The position numbers were made by a program, and so were the translations under genes. The notes beneath the pieces were generated by a model. That model made no database searches, was not told the DNA's origin, and worked only from the letters and a program-made list of their open reading frames with translations. A DNA stretch of 31,464 nt, counting the filler, from Candidatus Babelota bacterium (GTDB taxonomy: Bacteria > JAGOBX01), in the NCBI GenBank assembly GCA_017999075.1. It is 5 parts of 5 records of this genome, joined end to end, with 100 filler letters (N's around TTAATTAATTAA, not from the genome) between each part and the next. Parts side by side here need not be neighbours in the genome. Positions count along the whole stretch, not along the records: positions 17,000 to 20,550 come from JAGOBX010000432.1; positions 20,651 to 24,199 come from JAGOBX010000433.1; positions 24,300 to 27,843 come from JAGOBX010000434.1; positions 27,944 to 31,464 come from JAGOBX010000435.1; 1 more part is not named here. One strand, written 5' to 3'. Below, one piece after another: positions 17,719-28,222 of this stretch; positions within the stretch are counted from its first letter, which is position 1, and each line of letters opens with the position of its first letter.

Positions 17719-18606
17719 TTAATTCAGAAAAATATCCACGCTGAATTTATGCGTTAAATCAAGTTCTTTATGTTTTGATACCGCATAATAAAATCCGGCT
17801 TTTTTTAAATTAATTGATATGCCGGCAGCAGGTTGTTTTGATTCATTGACATACCCTGCATTAAAAACAAAATATTTAAAAGGTTTAAACGTCAAACCAA
17901 TCCTGTAATCTAATTTTTTTTGTTCCTCAATATTGAAAACAGCAGAAAAATTAAATATTTCAAACAAATTAACATTTACTCCTGTTTCAAAATTAACCGG
18001 CAGTTTTTCTTTTTTCGAAATAAACGCATCTTCAGTAGAAAACAAATTCTGTACTGTTCCGGAAAAAATAAAATCTTTATATTTGTACAATGCTCCTGCG
18101 CTTAGTGACCATACGCTGTTAGAATAATCATAAATTGTCTGCTTAAATAATTTTGATTGAATTCCAAAACTGAAATTATCAAATAGTTCTCTGCCTGCGC
18201 TCAATCTTATTGTTTCCAGCTTTGAAGAAAACATGTTCCCTGTTAAAATCAAATTATCAGCTTCTCTTATATCTTCAACTTTTAATGAGGAATAACTTAA
18301 TCCTGCAGTATATCCGTAAACCGGAATAAGCAAATCAAGTTCATGCTGATCAAGTCCGTCTATTTCTGTAAAAATTCTTGAAGTAGTCGCGCTTAACAAA
18401 ATTTTTTCAGATTTAATTATTCCTGCAGGATTAAAATAAATAAAACCGATAGGATTTTCAGTAAATGTTTTTCCAACTGAAAAATATTCCGAATGACCTT
18501 CATTTTTAGTGCCTGCTCCGTATTCTCCCCCATAATTTCCCGCATATAAATCAATACCTGTAAACATCATCAAAACAAAAATAACTGCTACACTATATCT
18601 TTTCAT
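17719..18606 (-). CDS. PorV/PorQ-family-like outer-membrane beta-barrel
   Basis: Signal peptide, IYFNPAG motif, alternating amphipathic strands, LPVNFETG and C-terminal THKFSVDIF. Confidence 0.65.
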   Translation of the reverse strand: MKRYSVAVIFVLMMFTGIDLYAGNYGGEYGAGTKNEGHSEYFSVGKTFTENPIGFIYFNPAGIIKSEKILLSATTSRIFTEIDGLDQHELDLLIPVYGYTAGLSYSSLKVEDIREADNLILTGNMFSSKLETIRLSAGRELFDNFSFGIQSKLFKQTIYDYSNSVWSLSAGALYKYKDFIFSGTVQNLFSTEDAFISKKEKLPVNFETGVNVNLFEIFNFSAVFNIEEQKKLDYRIGLTFKPFKYFVFNAGYVNESKQPAAGISINLKKAGFYYAVSKHKELDLTHKFSVDIFLN

Positions 18607-18648
18607 ATTTTTTATTCAGTCAAATTCTCAATTTTCAATTTATCAATA

Positions 18649-20490
18649 CTATCTTATTATAGCCAATTTATCTATAAGTTTGTAATTTTCATTATTATTC
18701 TTATATTCTAAAATATAAATATATATTCCTGAACTCACAAGTTTGCCGGCATCGTTTCTGCAATCCCATTGATACGGATTACTGTTTAAATCTATATTTC
18801 GATCAATAACTTTAACTCCAGCCAAATCAAAAATTTTCAAATTAAGGGTTCCGGCTAACGGAGCAGAATATACGAAATTAACTGTATTTCCCGGACTTTT
18901 CAAAGGATTAGGGCTAACGAATGTATTTTCTTTAGATAAAGGCGGTGCTAAAAACATACGGACATATTCAGGTAAACCTGCCACAACCCTGTAGCTCAAA
19001 GATTCATATTTAGAACATTCTATATTAAGTTCCGGCAGTTCTTTTAAATTGTAATTTTTTTTAGTTTTCAAATCAATAAGATATATATCATATTTTTCTG
19101 ATATTGAATTTATCCCGTTAAATGACAATGATAACCGCGAATTATTCCCGGTATTTATTCCGCAAAGCCATTGATGGCAAGTCTCAATCGGTCCTATTCT
19201 CTTATCAGACGCCAGATTATTGCCGTTATTTTGAAAGTTAACAGATAAAAGTTCTGGTATCCCCGGAGCTTTTCTTACAGTTTCAGATACAGGATCAACA
19301 TTTGTTATTCCAAACATATTTATTAAATCAGAAGACTTATCTCCTTTTACAGATAAAATAACTTCCCATATATTATCAGAAGGAACAGTTTTTTTAGGAG
19401 CAAGATTTACCCTGCTGTTTTCAATATACGAAAAATCAGGGGATAATTCAAGAGAACATTCTTTATTTGCATAAATCCAGAATCCTGACCATACATAAAG
19501 CATAGGATTAAGTAACGCAGAATTCGGTCCCCAAACATAAGCATTGTCTTTATAATAAAAAATTTTATTTTGAATATATCCCTGCAGTTCAGCGTCTGCG
19601 GCGGTCAATCTGCCGGCTGAAGTTAAAATCCTACAGTTTGACCAACTCGTAACGCAATAATACGGGGAACCTATCTGATTCCATCCTGTTTTTAACTGAA
19701 CAGTTAAAGTATCCTGAACATAATTTCCATTAATTTTCAAAATAGTTTCAGAAGGTAAAATAATATAATACCCTTCTCCTGCAACCAATTTTTTTGGTTC
19801 TCTGTATTTATTATATAATTCATGCGTTTGTTCTTCAGGATACCAGTGATAAAGATATTCTGGTTTTACAGAAGTAAAAACATTTTCTATTTCAGGGCTT
19901 ACAGGAATTTTATTTATTCCTATCATTCTCCATTCTTTAGCTGGAACCACAGTTTCATCAGTATGATATCCCAAATAAAGAGGAGGGAAATCAGAATAAA
20001 CTGATTTTACAATATATGCTCCGGTTTTATCACCTGTTTTGAAAGATAAATAGCTCAGGCCTGAATCATCTGTTATTGTTGAACTCAAAGTGTCCCCGAA
20101 TGCATTTAACGGCTTATCAATTATTGAATAAATAATTTGTTCATATTTAACAGGACCGCTGTCAAAATCCAAAATCTGTAAAACCGCTGTTTCAACAGAA
20201 TTAGAATTTAATGATTGAACAAATGCTTTTTTCCCAACAATATCCATTTGTCTTGGTAAAAAATATGAATCAAGAGAACTTACAAATCCGGTTGATAATC
20301 TATAATTGTTGCCAATAGACGTATCTGTAAAATTATCTCCAAAAGAACCGAATTTCAAATTATACTGAGGGGAAACAATAGATTGCCCGATTCCATTATA
20401 AGTTGATATATCTATATTATACTCTGCAAATAATAAATTAACCTTAAGAGAAAAAAATATTAGCAGAATAATAACTATATTTTTTTTCAT
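18649..20490 (-). CDS. Secreted protein with Ig-like region and C-terminal T9SS-CTD/FlgD-Ig-like sorting domain
   Basis: Signal peptide and LKTGWNQIGSPY module. C-terminus reads SPNPL...LKIFDLAGVKV...WDCRNDAGKLVSSGIYIYIL...KLAIIR. Confidence 0.75.
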   Translation of the reverse strand: MKKNIVIILLIFFSLKVNLLFAEYNIDISTYNGIGQSIVSPQYNLKFGSFGDNFTDTSIGNNYRLSTGFVSSLDSYFLPRQMDIVGKKAFVQSLNSNSVETAVLQILDFDSGPVKYEQIIYSIIDKPLNAFGDTLSSTITDDSGLSYLSFKTGDKTGAYIVKSVYSDFPPLYLGYHTDETVVPAKEWRMIGINKIPVSPEIENVFTSVKPEYLYHWYPEEQTHELYNKYREPKKLVAGEGYYIILPSETILKINGNYVQDTLTVQLKTGWNQIGSPYYCVTSWSNCRILTSAGRLTAADAELQGYIQNKIFYYKDNAYVWGPNSALLNPMLYVWSGFWIYANKECSLELSPDFSYIENSRVNLAPKKTVPSDNIWEVILSVKGDKSSDLINMFGITNVDPVSETVRKAPGIPELLSVNFQNNGNNLASDKRIGPIETCHQWLCGINTGNNSRLSLSFNGINSISEKYDIYLIDLKTKKNYNLKELPELNIECSKYESLSYRVVAGLPEYVRMFLAPPLSKENTFVSPNPLKSPGNTVNFVYSAPLAGTLNLKIFDLAGVKVIDRNIDLNSNPYQWDCRNDAGKLVSSGIYIYILEYKNNNENYKLIDKLAIIR

Positions 20491-20550
20491 ATCTATTAAT
20501 TATTTACAATATTATTATAAAAAAAACAATACAAATATGTTGAATTGAAA

Positions 20551-20650
20551 NNNNNNNNNNNNNNNNNNNNNNNNNNNNNNNNNNNNNNNNNNNNTTAATT
20601 AATTAANNNNNNNNNNNNNNNNNNNNNNNNNNNNNNNNNNNNNNNNNNNN
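20551..20650. other. Artificial contig linker
   Basis: N44-TTAATTAATTAA-N44. Confidence 0.98.
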
Positions 20651-20651
20651 A

Positions 20652-21929
20652 TTATTAGCGGAACAGCTTTTTATCGAATGTTTTTTTGATTCTTCGGTCA
20701 GCGGAAATAAATTTTTATCTTTGCTTTCCAAGGAGTACAATTTAAATGATAAGACATTATCAATAAAATTTTTATTTCTGCCAGGAGAACATAAAACAAA
20801 CCCTCGAATAATGCTTACCGTAACAGATATTACTCTTCAAAAATCTATGGAAATAGAAAAGAATCAACAAAATGACATTAATAAAATTTTAAGCAAAATG
20901 GCATTTGATAAAAAAGGATGTTTGGAATTTTTACGTGACTTATATTACGAAATAAACAAATTATCCGATATAATCGAAAAAGATTCTTTTACCTTAAAAA
21001 CTATAAAAAAAATATATATGTCAGTTCATACTCTTAAAGGCAATTGTTCTTTTTATGAACTTTCTAAAATCGTAAGCGCTGCCCATATTTTAGAAGAATC
21101 ATTTTCCGAATTATTAGAAAAAAATATTATTCCTGACACTAAAATGAGGTCAGAACTCATTGAAAAAGCAAAAACATTGTCAGCAGCTTTCTTTGAAAAC
21201 ATAGGTTTGCTTGAAGAATATATCTCTTTTGATGAAATTTTATCAGATAATGATATTTTTGAAATTAACTCATCCAGAATAAATGATCTTATCAAAACAG
21301 CAGAAAAAAATAATATAAACACTGAATTGTTAAATAAAATTTATAATCTTAAAAAAATTTCAGTAAAAAAAGCTTTAGCTAGATATACTTCAAATGCCGA
21401 ACAGATTGCAGTGCGGCTTAACAAACTGATATTGCCTATCGAAATAATAAATCATGAAATGCTTATAGATGCATCCTATTTCAAACCTGTTCTTGATATT
21501 ATCTCTCACATAATAAAAAATGCAGTTTCACACGGAATTGAATATCCTGAAGAACGGCTGCTTAAAAATAAAAATAAATTCGGAAAAATAACCATTGATT
21601 TTTCTGAAATTATTACTAATGAACAACGTTCTGTTAAATTAATTATATCAGATGACGGCAAAGGTTTTATGTTAGATGTTCTTGGTAAAAAATTAATTGA
21701 AAAAAAAATACTCACTGAAAATGAAATAACTGAAGATAAAATTATTGAAACAATAATTTGTGGAGGAACTTCAAGTAAAGAAAAGGCTGATGAATTTTCC
21801 GGACGGGGAATTGGTCTTGCTGCTATCAAAAACATTATTGACCAGTTTAATGGAACTTTAACAATAAAAACAGAAAAAGATAAAGGAGCTGAAGTAATAA
21901 TAATAATTCCTGAAATTTTAAAACCTTAA
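20652..21929 (+). CDS. CheA-like histidine kinase (Hpt + HATPase_c), 5'-truncated
   Basis: Frame open from the contig start. Motifs VHTLKG...AHILEE (Hpt), HIIKNAVSHGIE.PEER, DDGKG and SGRGIGL. No C-terminal CheW-like domain. Confidence 0.85.
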   Translation, partial: LLAEQLFIECFFDSSVSGNKFLSLLSKEYNLNDKTLSIKFLFLPGEHKTNPRIMLTVTDITLQKSMEIEKNQQNDINKILSKMAFDKKGCLEFLRDLYYEINKLSDIIEKDSFTLKTIKKIYMSVHTLKGNCSFYELSKIVSAAHILEESFSELLEKNIIPDTKMRSELIEKAKTLSAAFFENIGLLEEYISFDEILSDNDIFEINSSRINDLIKTAEKNNINTELLNKIYNLKKISVKKALARYTSNAEQIAVRLNKLILPIEIINHEMLIDASYFKPVLDIISHIIKNAVSHGIEYPEERLLKNKNKFGKITIDFSEIITNEQRSVKLIISDDGKGFMLDVLGKKLIEKKILTENEITEDKIIETIICGGTSSKEKADEFSGRGIGLAAIKNIIDQFNGTLTIKTEKDKGAEVIIIIPEILKP

Positions 21930-22005
21930 ATTATCAATTAAAAAAAAATTTAAAATTAAATAATAAATATTGCTATTTATAAAAAAATAAAGCATAATTT
22001 AAATA

Positions 22006-24199
22006 ATGAAAATAAAAAATAAAATTATTATAATATTTTTTGTTTCATTTATTTTAGTTTTAGCTGCCGTTGATTTTATATCCAAAAAATATCTCGAGTC
22101 TGAAAAATTCAATTCAATAGCTCAGAATTATTTAAAACAACTTCAACACATAGATTTTGCCATAACCCAATTCTTAACTGAAGTAGAACATAAATTACTT
22201 CAGCTCGCAGAAAATCCTGATGTAAGATTCAGAAACGATTCAAAATTCACTAATTTTTTAAATGCCGATGAAAAAACTTTCAAATATAATATTACAAAAG
22301 ATGAACAGCGTATAATTGATATTTTTTATTCGCTTAAGGTTCATAATCCTTATATAAGTTCTGTTTATATGGGAAGGCAAAACGGGTCTTTTGTACGTTC
22401 GCATAAACGAGCCAAACCCACTAAATACGATCCGCGTGAACGTCCATGGTATAAATTAGCGTATTTAAATAAAGCAACTATTCTCAGAACAGAACCATAT
22501 TCCGCTGTTACCACATCAGATATAAATATCGGAACTGTAACCACTATAAGCGATTCAGAAGGCGTGTACGGCGTTGTTGGAATTGACATAACTCTTACTG
22601 ACTTGAGTTCATACATATCTTCCGTAAAGTTTGGAGATAATGGCTTTATACTTTTGTTTGATGAAAATTTCAATGTTTTAACCGCCCCTGATACTTCTAT
22701 ACTTCTAAAAAAAGATAATGAAATTCCTGAGTTATTTAGCGGAATGAAAAAACTTAAAAGTTCTAATAGAGGATATTTTATTACTGATTACGGCACTCAA
22801 AAATATTACTGTTATCATTATCTTTCCGAAAAAACAGGCTGGAAATTATGCGGTATGATTCCTGAAAAAGAATTAACCGGTTCGATAAAAAATTATATAA
22901 GAACAATACAGACTATTATAGCTGTTTCGTTTATGATATTGGCATTGCTGATTTTGATGCTTAATAAAAAAATAGTATTGACTCCGATTGAAAAACTGCG
23001 GTCTGCAGTAATGGAAATTTATAATACAGGCAGCTATATCCAATTAGAAAAAAACAATCGGAAAGATGAAATAGGTGATCTTATTTTTGCATTCAATTCA
23101 ATGATAGGTTCTCTTGAAAAAAAGCAGCGTGAATTAAATATATCTGAAACTCGATTCAGGCGGTTATTTGATAATTCTCTCGAAGGTATATTCAGAATTG
23201 ATGATTCCGGCATCATTATTGACGTAAATGCGGCTTTTGTTAATATGTTTATGTTTAAAAACAACGGTGAACCTGTAAATGAAAAAAACGAATTCAATCA
23301 ATTATTTGTTGATTCTTCAAATTTCAACGAATTGATGAGTATTTTAAAAAAAGATGGTAACATACGAGATTTTGAATCAGCTTTTTACCGACAGAACGGA
23401 CAAATATTTTATGCGGTATTAAGTTTATGCGCTGTTCAATCAGTAAACACTTCGGAATTGGTATATGAAGGATTAATAATTGACATTTCAGAACATAAGC
23501 ATAAAGAACTTCTGCTGTTAAAAGATAAAGAGCATATTGAATCAAAATTTTGGAAATTGATACAATGTATGGGTGAAGGTTTTGTGTATACTGGCGTTGA
23601 CGGAATTATCGAATATATGAATGACAAAAGCGCAGAAATTTTCAAAACCGGAAAATCTGACGCAATAAATAAAAAAATAAGCGATTTCATAAATTCAAAA
23701 GATGTAGAGGAGTTTGAAAAATATATTTTAAATTTAAGAGATGACGGCAACACTCAATTTGCCGCAGAACTTAAAAATAACAATTCTGAAAAACAATACG
23801 TATTAATTTCAGCCAGGCCGGTTAAAGAAGAAACAGAAATTTCTGGTTATGTAATAATAATTACAGATATTACTTATCTTAAAAAAATAGAAAATGAACT
23901 CAGGAAAGCAAAACAGGAGACAGAAGCAGCAAATTCAGCAAAATCAGTATTTCTTGCAAACGTCAGCCATGAAATAAGAACTCCTATGAATGCGATTATG
24001 GGAATGGCATATTTAACTCTTCAAACAGAACTCAATTCCGAACAGCGTAAAAATCTTGAAAATATAAGCTATGCCGCAAAATCTCTGTTAAGAATAATAA
24101 ACGATATACTTGACATAAGTAAAATAGAAGCAGGTAAGATAGAAATAGAAAATATTGAATTTTCAATTGACAGAATGGTGGAAAATGTCTCATCGATTA
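22006..24199 (+). CDS. Membrane sensor histidine kinase: TM-dCache-TM-HAMP-PAS-PAS-HisKA (probably hybrid), 3'-truncated
   Basis: YDPRERPWY (dCache_1), DEIGDL..AFN (HAMP), two PAS segments ending DIS and DIT, and KSVFLANVSHEIRTPMNAI...INDILDISKIEAG. Confidence 0.93.
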
Positions 24200-24299
24200 N
24201 NNNNNNNNNNNNNNNNNNNNNNNNNNNNNNNNNNNNNNNNNNNTTAATTAATTAANNNNNNNNNNNNNNNNNNNNNNNNNNNNNNNNNNNNNNNNNNNN
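24200..24299. other. Artificial contig linker
   Basis: N44-TTAATTAATTAA-N44. Confidence 0.98.
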
Positions 24300-24564
24300 T
24301 GTCAGCAGTATCAACATCAACATTGTTATATCCGGCGCACCGCAACGCTATCAGCTTAATGCCGTATCCCCAAAGTTTTTTTATTACATCAGCATTCAAT
24401 TTATCATGTACAAAATCGCATACACATTGAAAACCTTCTGCTAAAGCCGCAGTTTCAATAGTAAGCCGAGGTTCATAAAAAAACATTTCATGGCCATACT
24501 GTTTATTGGAATTTTCCAAAAATTGTTTATCATATGATTTTGAACTAAACACTGCTATTTTCAT
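24300..24564 (-). CDS. ldhA: D-lactate dehydrogenase / D-2-hydroxyacid dehydrogenase, N-terminal part (3'-truncated)
   Basis: MKIAVFSSKSYD..FL, VCDFVHD and IALRCAGYNNVD. Confidence 0.85.
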
Positions 24565-25751
24565 TTTAAAGATTCCTTTTTAAAAATTATTGCTAAAAAA
24601 TAAGAAAAATATATCATTGATGATAATATAACTCCGTCAACACTGTACATATTATTTATTATAAAAAATAAAAAAATAAATTTCAAATATAATAAGCATT
24701 TATCATTCAGCAGCGTTATTTTAATCAAATATATAATTCCAGCAATCAGTATTATAAATCCTATAATTCCTGATTCAGCAAGAGTCTGCAAATAATAATT
24801 ATGCGCATAAACTACATCGTTTGCATAATAAGGTTTATATTCAGAATAATATTTTCTAAATTGTCCTATTCCTACTCCAGTAAATTTATTTTCATTCTTC
24901 CACATTTTCAATGCAGCCGTATAATTACCTATATAATATTTTATAGAATTATCAAAACTTTTTTCAAATCCGCGAATCCATAAAATTAACGCAAGGCAAA
25001 TAAACATCAATCCTATTACCGGTACAATAATTTTCCAAAACCGGTTTTGAAAAACAATTATTATTACCAGTGTAATTCCGCCCGAAAAAACTGCAGACAT
25101 CGTTTTTGAATATATTAAACATACAAATAATAGCACTAATAATAATCCAAATAATAATTTAGTTTTCAAATATGCATTTTTTTTCAAATAACTTGCCAGA
25201 ACTCCTGAGGTCATTATCAAATATGAAGCAAAAATATTAGGCATAACAAAAACAGAAAAAATTCTTTCATCTTTTAATCTTCCTACAGCTTCAGCGCTTA
25301 ATAAATTCTTATATTCAGACAATATATAAGGAAATCCTATAAATTTCTGATATAATCCTCTTAAAATCATGTAAAAAGCAATTGAAACAATAATATATTT
25401 TTCATATTTCAACTCAGTCAAATATATCTGAATTACAAATAAAAAACATATAAGCAATTTATACAGTTCGGCAATTGTATAATCGTTTAATATGTTGTCG
25501 AATGAAATACAATAATTATAGGAAATAAAGAGTATCGATATTGAAGAAAATATCTTTATACTTTTTGATAATCCTGATTGTTTAAAATGATAAAAATTAT
25601 ATGTTAATAATATCGTAATTAAAAAAATTTGAAAACAGGCTATTAACAGAAAGTAACGGTTATTATCAGCATTCTGAAAATCCAAAAAAAGCAGAATTAT
25701 GAATAATATGTTTGAGATAATGGTAATTGCATAATCAAACATTTGTTTCAC
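24561..25751 (-). CDS. O-antigen ligase (Wzy_C/WaaL) family membrane protein
   Basis: Multiple TM segments; RIFSVFVMPNIFASYL, TGVGIGQF and AHNYYLQTLAESGIIG. Confidence 0.85.
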   Translation of the reverse strand: MKQMFDYAITIISNILFIILLFLDFQNADNNRYFLLIACFQIFLITILLTYNFYHFKQSGLSKSIKIFSSISILFISYNYCISFDNILNDYTIAELYKLLICFLFVIQIYLTELKYEKYIIVSIAFYMILRGLYQKFIGFPYILSEYKNLLSAEAVGRLKDERIFSVFVMPNIFASYLIMTSGVLASYLKKNAYLKTKLLFGLLLVLLFVCLIYSKTMSAVFSGGITLVIIIVFQNRFWKIIVPVIGLMFICLALILWIRGFEKSFDNSIKYYIGNYTAALKMWKNENKFTGVGIGQFRKYYSEYKPYYANDVVYAHNYYLQTLAESGIIGFIILIAGIIYLIKITLLNDKCLLYLKFIFLFFIINNMYSVDGVILSSMIYFSYFLAIIFKKESLK

Positions 25752-26215
25752 AATAAAAATTTCGGTTTTAACTGCCTTGTATCAACAGGCGTTTTTCCTA
25801 TCAATACCGAATTATTTTGAGCCGGAATAGAATTCTTGTCTATGTTTTTTATAACAATTATTTTTTCTTGAAAAAGATTTTTTTCTGATTGGTTATGTTT
25901 TTTATCATCAATAATTATGTCCGCATCTTCAAAGACAGTATTGCCTTTTTTAATTTTAACTCCCACTTTGACTTTATCCTTTACAAAATCAAAAGATTCA
26001 ACATATCCGCATAACAACGAATCAATCATCACTTCCGAATTTTCTTCAAGTCCATTCACATCGTCAAAAATAATATTTATTGAATAATAATTGTCAGAAT
26101 TTTCGGTTTTATCAATATTCGCTGTATTATTTTTTTTATCAGAACAGCACTGAAACAACGAGATAAATATAAACAAATATAAAATTTTAAAACTTGTTTT
26201 TGATTTTTTCAACAT
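25748..26215 (-). CDS. MlaD/MCE-domain protein, possibly a lipoprotein
   Basis: FDDVNGLEENSEV.I.S..CGYVES MCE-like motif. Hydrophobic N-terminus ending LFQCC. ATG 26215 preferred over TTG 26230. Confidence 0.65.
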   Translation of the reverse strand: MLKKSKTSFKILYLFIFISLFQCCSDKKNNTANIDKTENSDNYYSINIIFDDVNGLEENSEVMIDSLLCGYVESFDFVKDKVKVGVKIKKGNTVFEDADIIIDDKKHNQSEKNLFQEKIIVIKNIDKNSIPAQNNSVLIGKTPVDTRQLKPKFLL

Positions 26216-26828
26216 ATTTCTGAGTTTCAAGAGTTCCTGCTATAATTACTAAAAAAGCAGTCAATGATAAAAACATAATGTCTTTTCCCTGTATGTTTCC
26301 GGTACCGCCGATAATTCCATTTTCAGTAGGAATAATTAAAACTCCCGGAATTTTCTGTCCGCCTATTAAAAAAATAATCAATCCTATAAAACCTATAAGC
26401 ATCAGCGAAACACCTTTAACCAATTGTCCTTTTCCTGATTTATCAGTAAAAAAGAATACTGCAGGCTGTATTATAAGCACGCATATAAAAATATTAGCAA
26501 GCAATTCCATTCCGCCTTTACCTTCTGCAAAACTCAGCATTCCCGACAATAAATACAGCAACAGCAATATTGAAGTTATTATAGAATAAAATATTGAAAA
26601 AGACGGCATAAACACTGCTTTAAAAAACATCACTATATCTTCCCATAATAATATCGCAATAGAAAATACTGTAAAAGAAATCCCTATCTGTAAAAATAAC
26701 AATTGATAAGAAATCATATTTTCCATTATTTCAGGATCTTTAGATTGAATATTCGCTAAATACATTATAAGATTAAATATCCATACTGCCGCATTTAAAA
26801 TCAATATTTTTTTTATTTTATTTTCCAT
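26187..26828 (-). CDS. Hypothetical multi-pass membrane protein
   Basis: 213 aa with about six hydrophobic segments, tightly packed in the operon. Confidence 0.7.
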   Translation of the reverse strand: MENKIKKILILNAAVWIFNLIMYLANIQSKDPEIMENMISYQLLFLQIGISFTVFSIAILLWEDIVMFFKAVFMPSFSIFYSIITSILLLLYLLSGMLSFAEGKGGMELLANIFICVLIIQPAVFFFTDKSGKGQLVKGVSLMLIGFIGLIIFLIGGQKIPGVLIIPTENGIIGGTGNIQGKDIMFLSLTAFLVIIAGTLETQKYVEKIKNKF

Positions 26829-26831
26829 AAA

Positions 26832-27596
26832 TCAAATTTTCTCCTTATCAAATTTCTTTGAAATTTTAATATAATTATTTTTTAAATCAATTTTAAAATC
26901 AATTTCAAAATTTTCAATAAATTTTTGTATATTTTGTCTTACAGATTCTTCTTCGGATTCAATTATCAGGGATATGGTATCTTCTGAAATAAAATAACTT
27001 ATTGTAACATACCTGTTATTTTCAATATCATCTTCTGATGAATGCAGTGTTGAAAGCAATGTATTTATATTGTTAGTAATTTTATATTTTTCTTCTACAT
27101 TGATCTCCAGTTTATTTATCAGCTCAACTATTATTTTAGATACTTCTTTAACGCAATCGTTATTAGTTGAAATTTTAAAGGTATAAAAATTTTCATAATG
27201 TTCAAGCATCTCGATGCTGTAATGTTCTTTATCATATAAAAGCCCGTTCACCACTCTCATCAGTTTAGAAATCTGAAACGGTTTAGTAATATAGTTCACT
27301 GCACCTGCGTCAAACCCCGAAATTTTATCATCTATATTTCTTTTTTCACTTAAAAAGACTAAAGGTATATTATTCCCGTATTTTTCACGAAGTATCCTGC
27401 TGAATTCAATGCCATCCATTACCGGCATTTTAACATCCGTAATTATTAGATTCGGCAATCCGGATTTCTCTATGAGTTCTATCGCAGCTTTTCCATTATC
27501 AGCATCAATAACTTCAACATTATATGATTCAAAATGTTTTCTTACTATTTGTTTAATATCAATATCGTCTTCAACGATTAGTATTTTTTTCTTCAT
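26832..27596 (-). CDS. Response regulator (REC) with uncharacterised C-terminal domain
   Basis: [18 protein letters not shown] and [10 protein letters not shown]. The C-terminal half is not an obvious HTH. Confidence 0.88.
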   Translation of the reverse strand: MKKKILIVEDDIDIKQIVRKHFESYNVEVIDADNGKAAIELIEKSGLPNLIITDVKMPVMDGIEFSRILREKYGNNIPLVFLSEKRNIDDKISGFDAGAVNYITKPFQISKLMRVVNGLLYDKEHYSIEMLEHYENFYTFKISTNNDCVKEVSKIIVELINKLEINVEEKYKITNNINTLLSTLHSSEDDIENNRYVTISYFISEDTISLIIESEEESVRQNIQKFIENFEIDFKIDLKNNYIKISKKFDKEKI

Positions 27597-27843
27597 TTTT
27601 TTTATTTTTTTTCTGATTTGAAAAATAATTTAATTCATATTGTTGAGACATAACTTTCGAATACGGCTTAACAGAATGAGTCAGCCATACGTTTCCTCCT
27701 ATAACAGATCCTTTTCCTATAACTGTATCTCCGCCAAGAATAGTAGCGCCTGAATATATTATGCTTCCGTCTTCAATTGTAGGATGCCGTTTTTTAGTAT
27801 TTTCCTCGACACTCTTTTTTTTTATTTTTGGAACACTTAAAGC
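27571..27843 (-). CDS. cysE: Serine O-acetyltransferase, C-terminal part (5'-truncated; absent from the ORF track)
   Basis: Manual translation gives ALSVPK...[41 protein letters not shown]...NR*, with TGA at 27573-27571. Confidence 0.9.
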   Translation of the reverse strand, partial: ALSVPKIKKKSVEENTKKRHPTIEDGSIIYSGATILGGDTVIGKGSVIGGNVWLTHSVKPYSKVMSQQYELNYFSNQKKNKKNEEKNTNR

Positions 27844-27943
27844 NNNNNNNNNNNNNNNNNNNNNNNNNNNNNNNNNNNNNNNNNNNNTTAATTAATTAAN
27901 NNNNNNNNNNNNNNNNNNNNNNNNNNNNNNNNNNNNNNNNNNN
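27844..27943. other. Artificial contig linker
   Basis: N44-TTAATTAATTAA-N44. Confidence 0.98.
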
Positions 27944-28113
27944 CCAACTATATTCCGCAAACATATATATACATCTTTGCCATATAAAGTAGAATTTTCT
28001 TTTGAAACCTCTTCTATAAGTTTAGGAACCGCATATTTTAATCCGATAATTTTTATAATATTCCTTGTAAATTCATCAGGAGTGCTACCCCATAAATTAT
28101 TTTTTTCAGACAT
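27944..28113 (-). CDS. Hypothetical protein, N-terminal fragment (3'-truncated)
   Basis: ATG at 28113 with strong RBS GAGGGGGA (28129-28122); frame open into the linker. Confidence 0.55.
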
Positions 28114-28222
28114 TATTTTAATCCCCCTCGGCCGGATGATAAACCCGGAATTTTTTTATAAAAAAATTTAATTTCATACTATAAAGAATATATAAAATGT
28201 CAAGGTTAAAAAATAAATTGTA

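Noticed and set aside
16900-27943. Four identical TTAATTAATTAA motifs and ORFs ending in X...LIN
   Set aside because: These are artificial scaffold linkers; adjacency across them carries no biological meaning.
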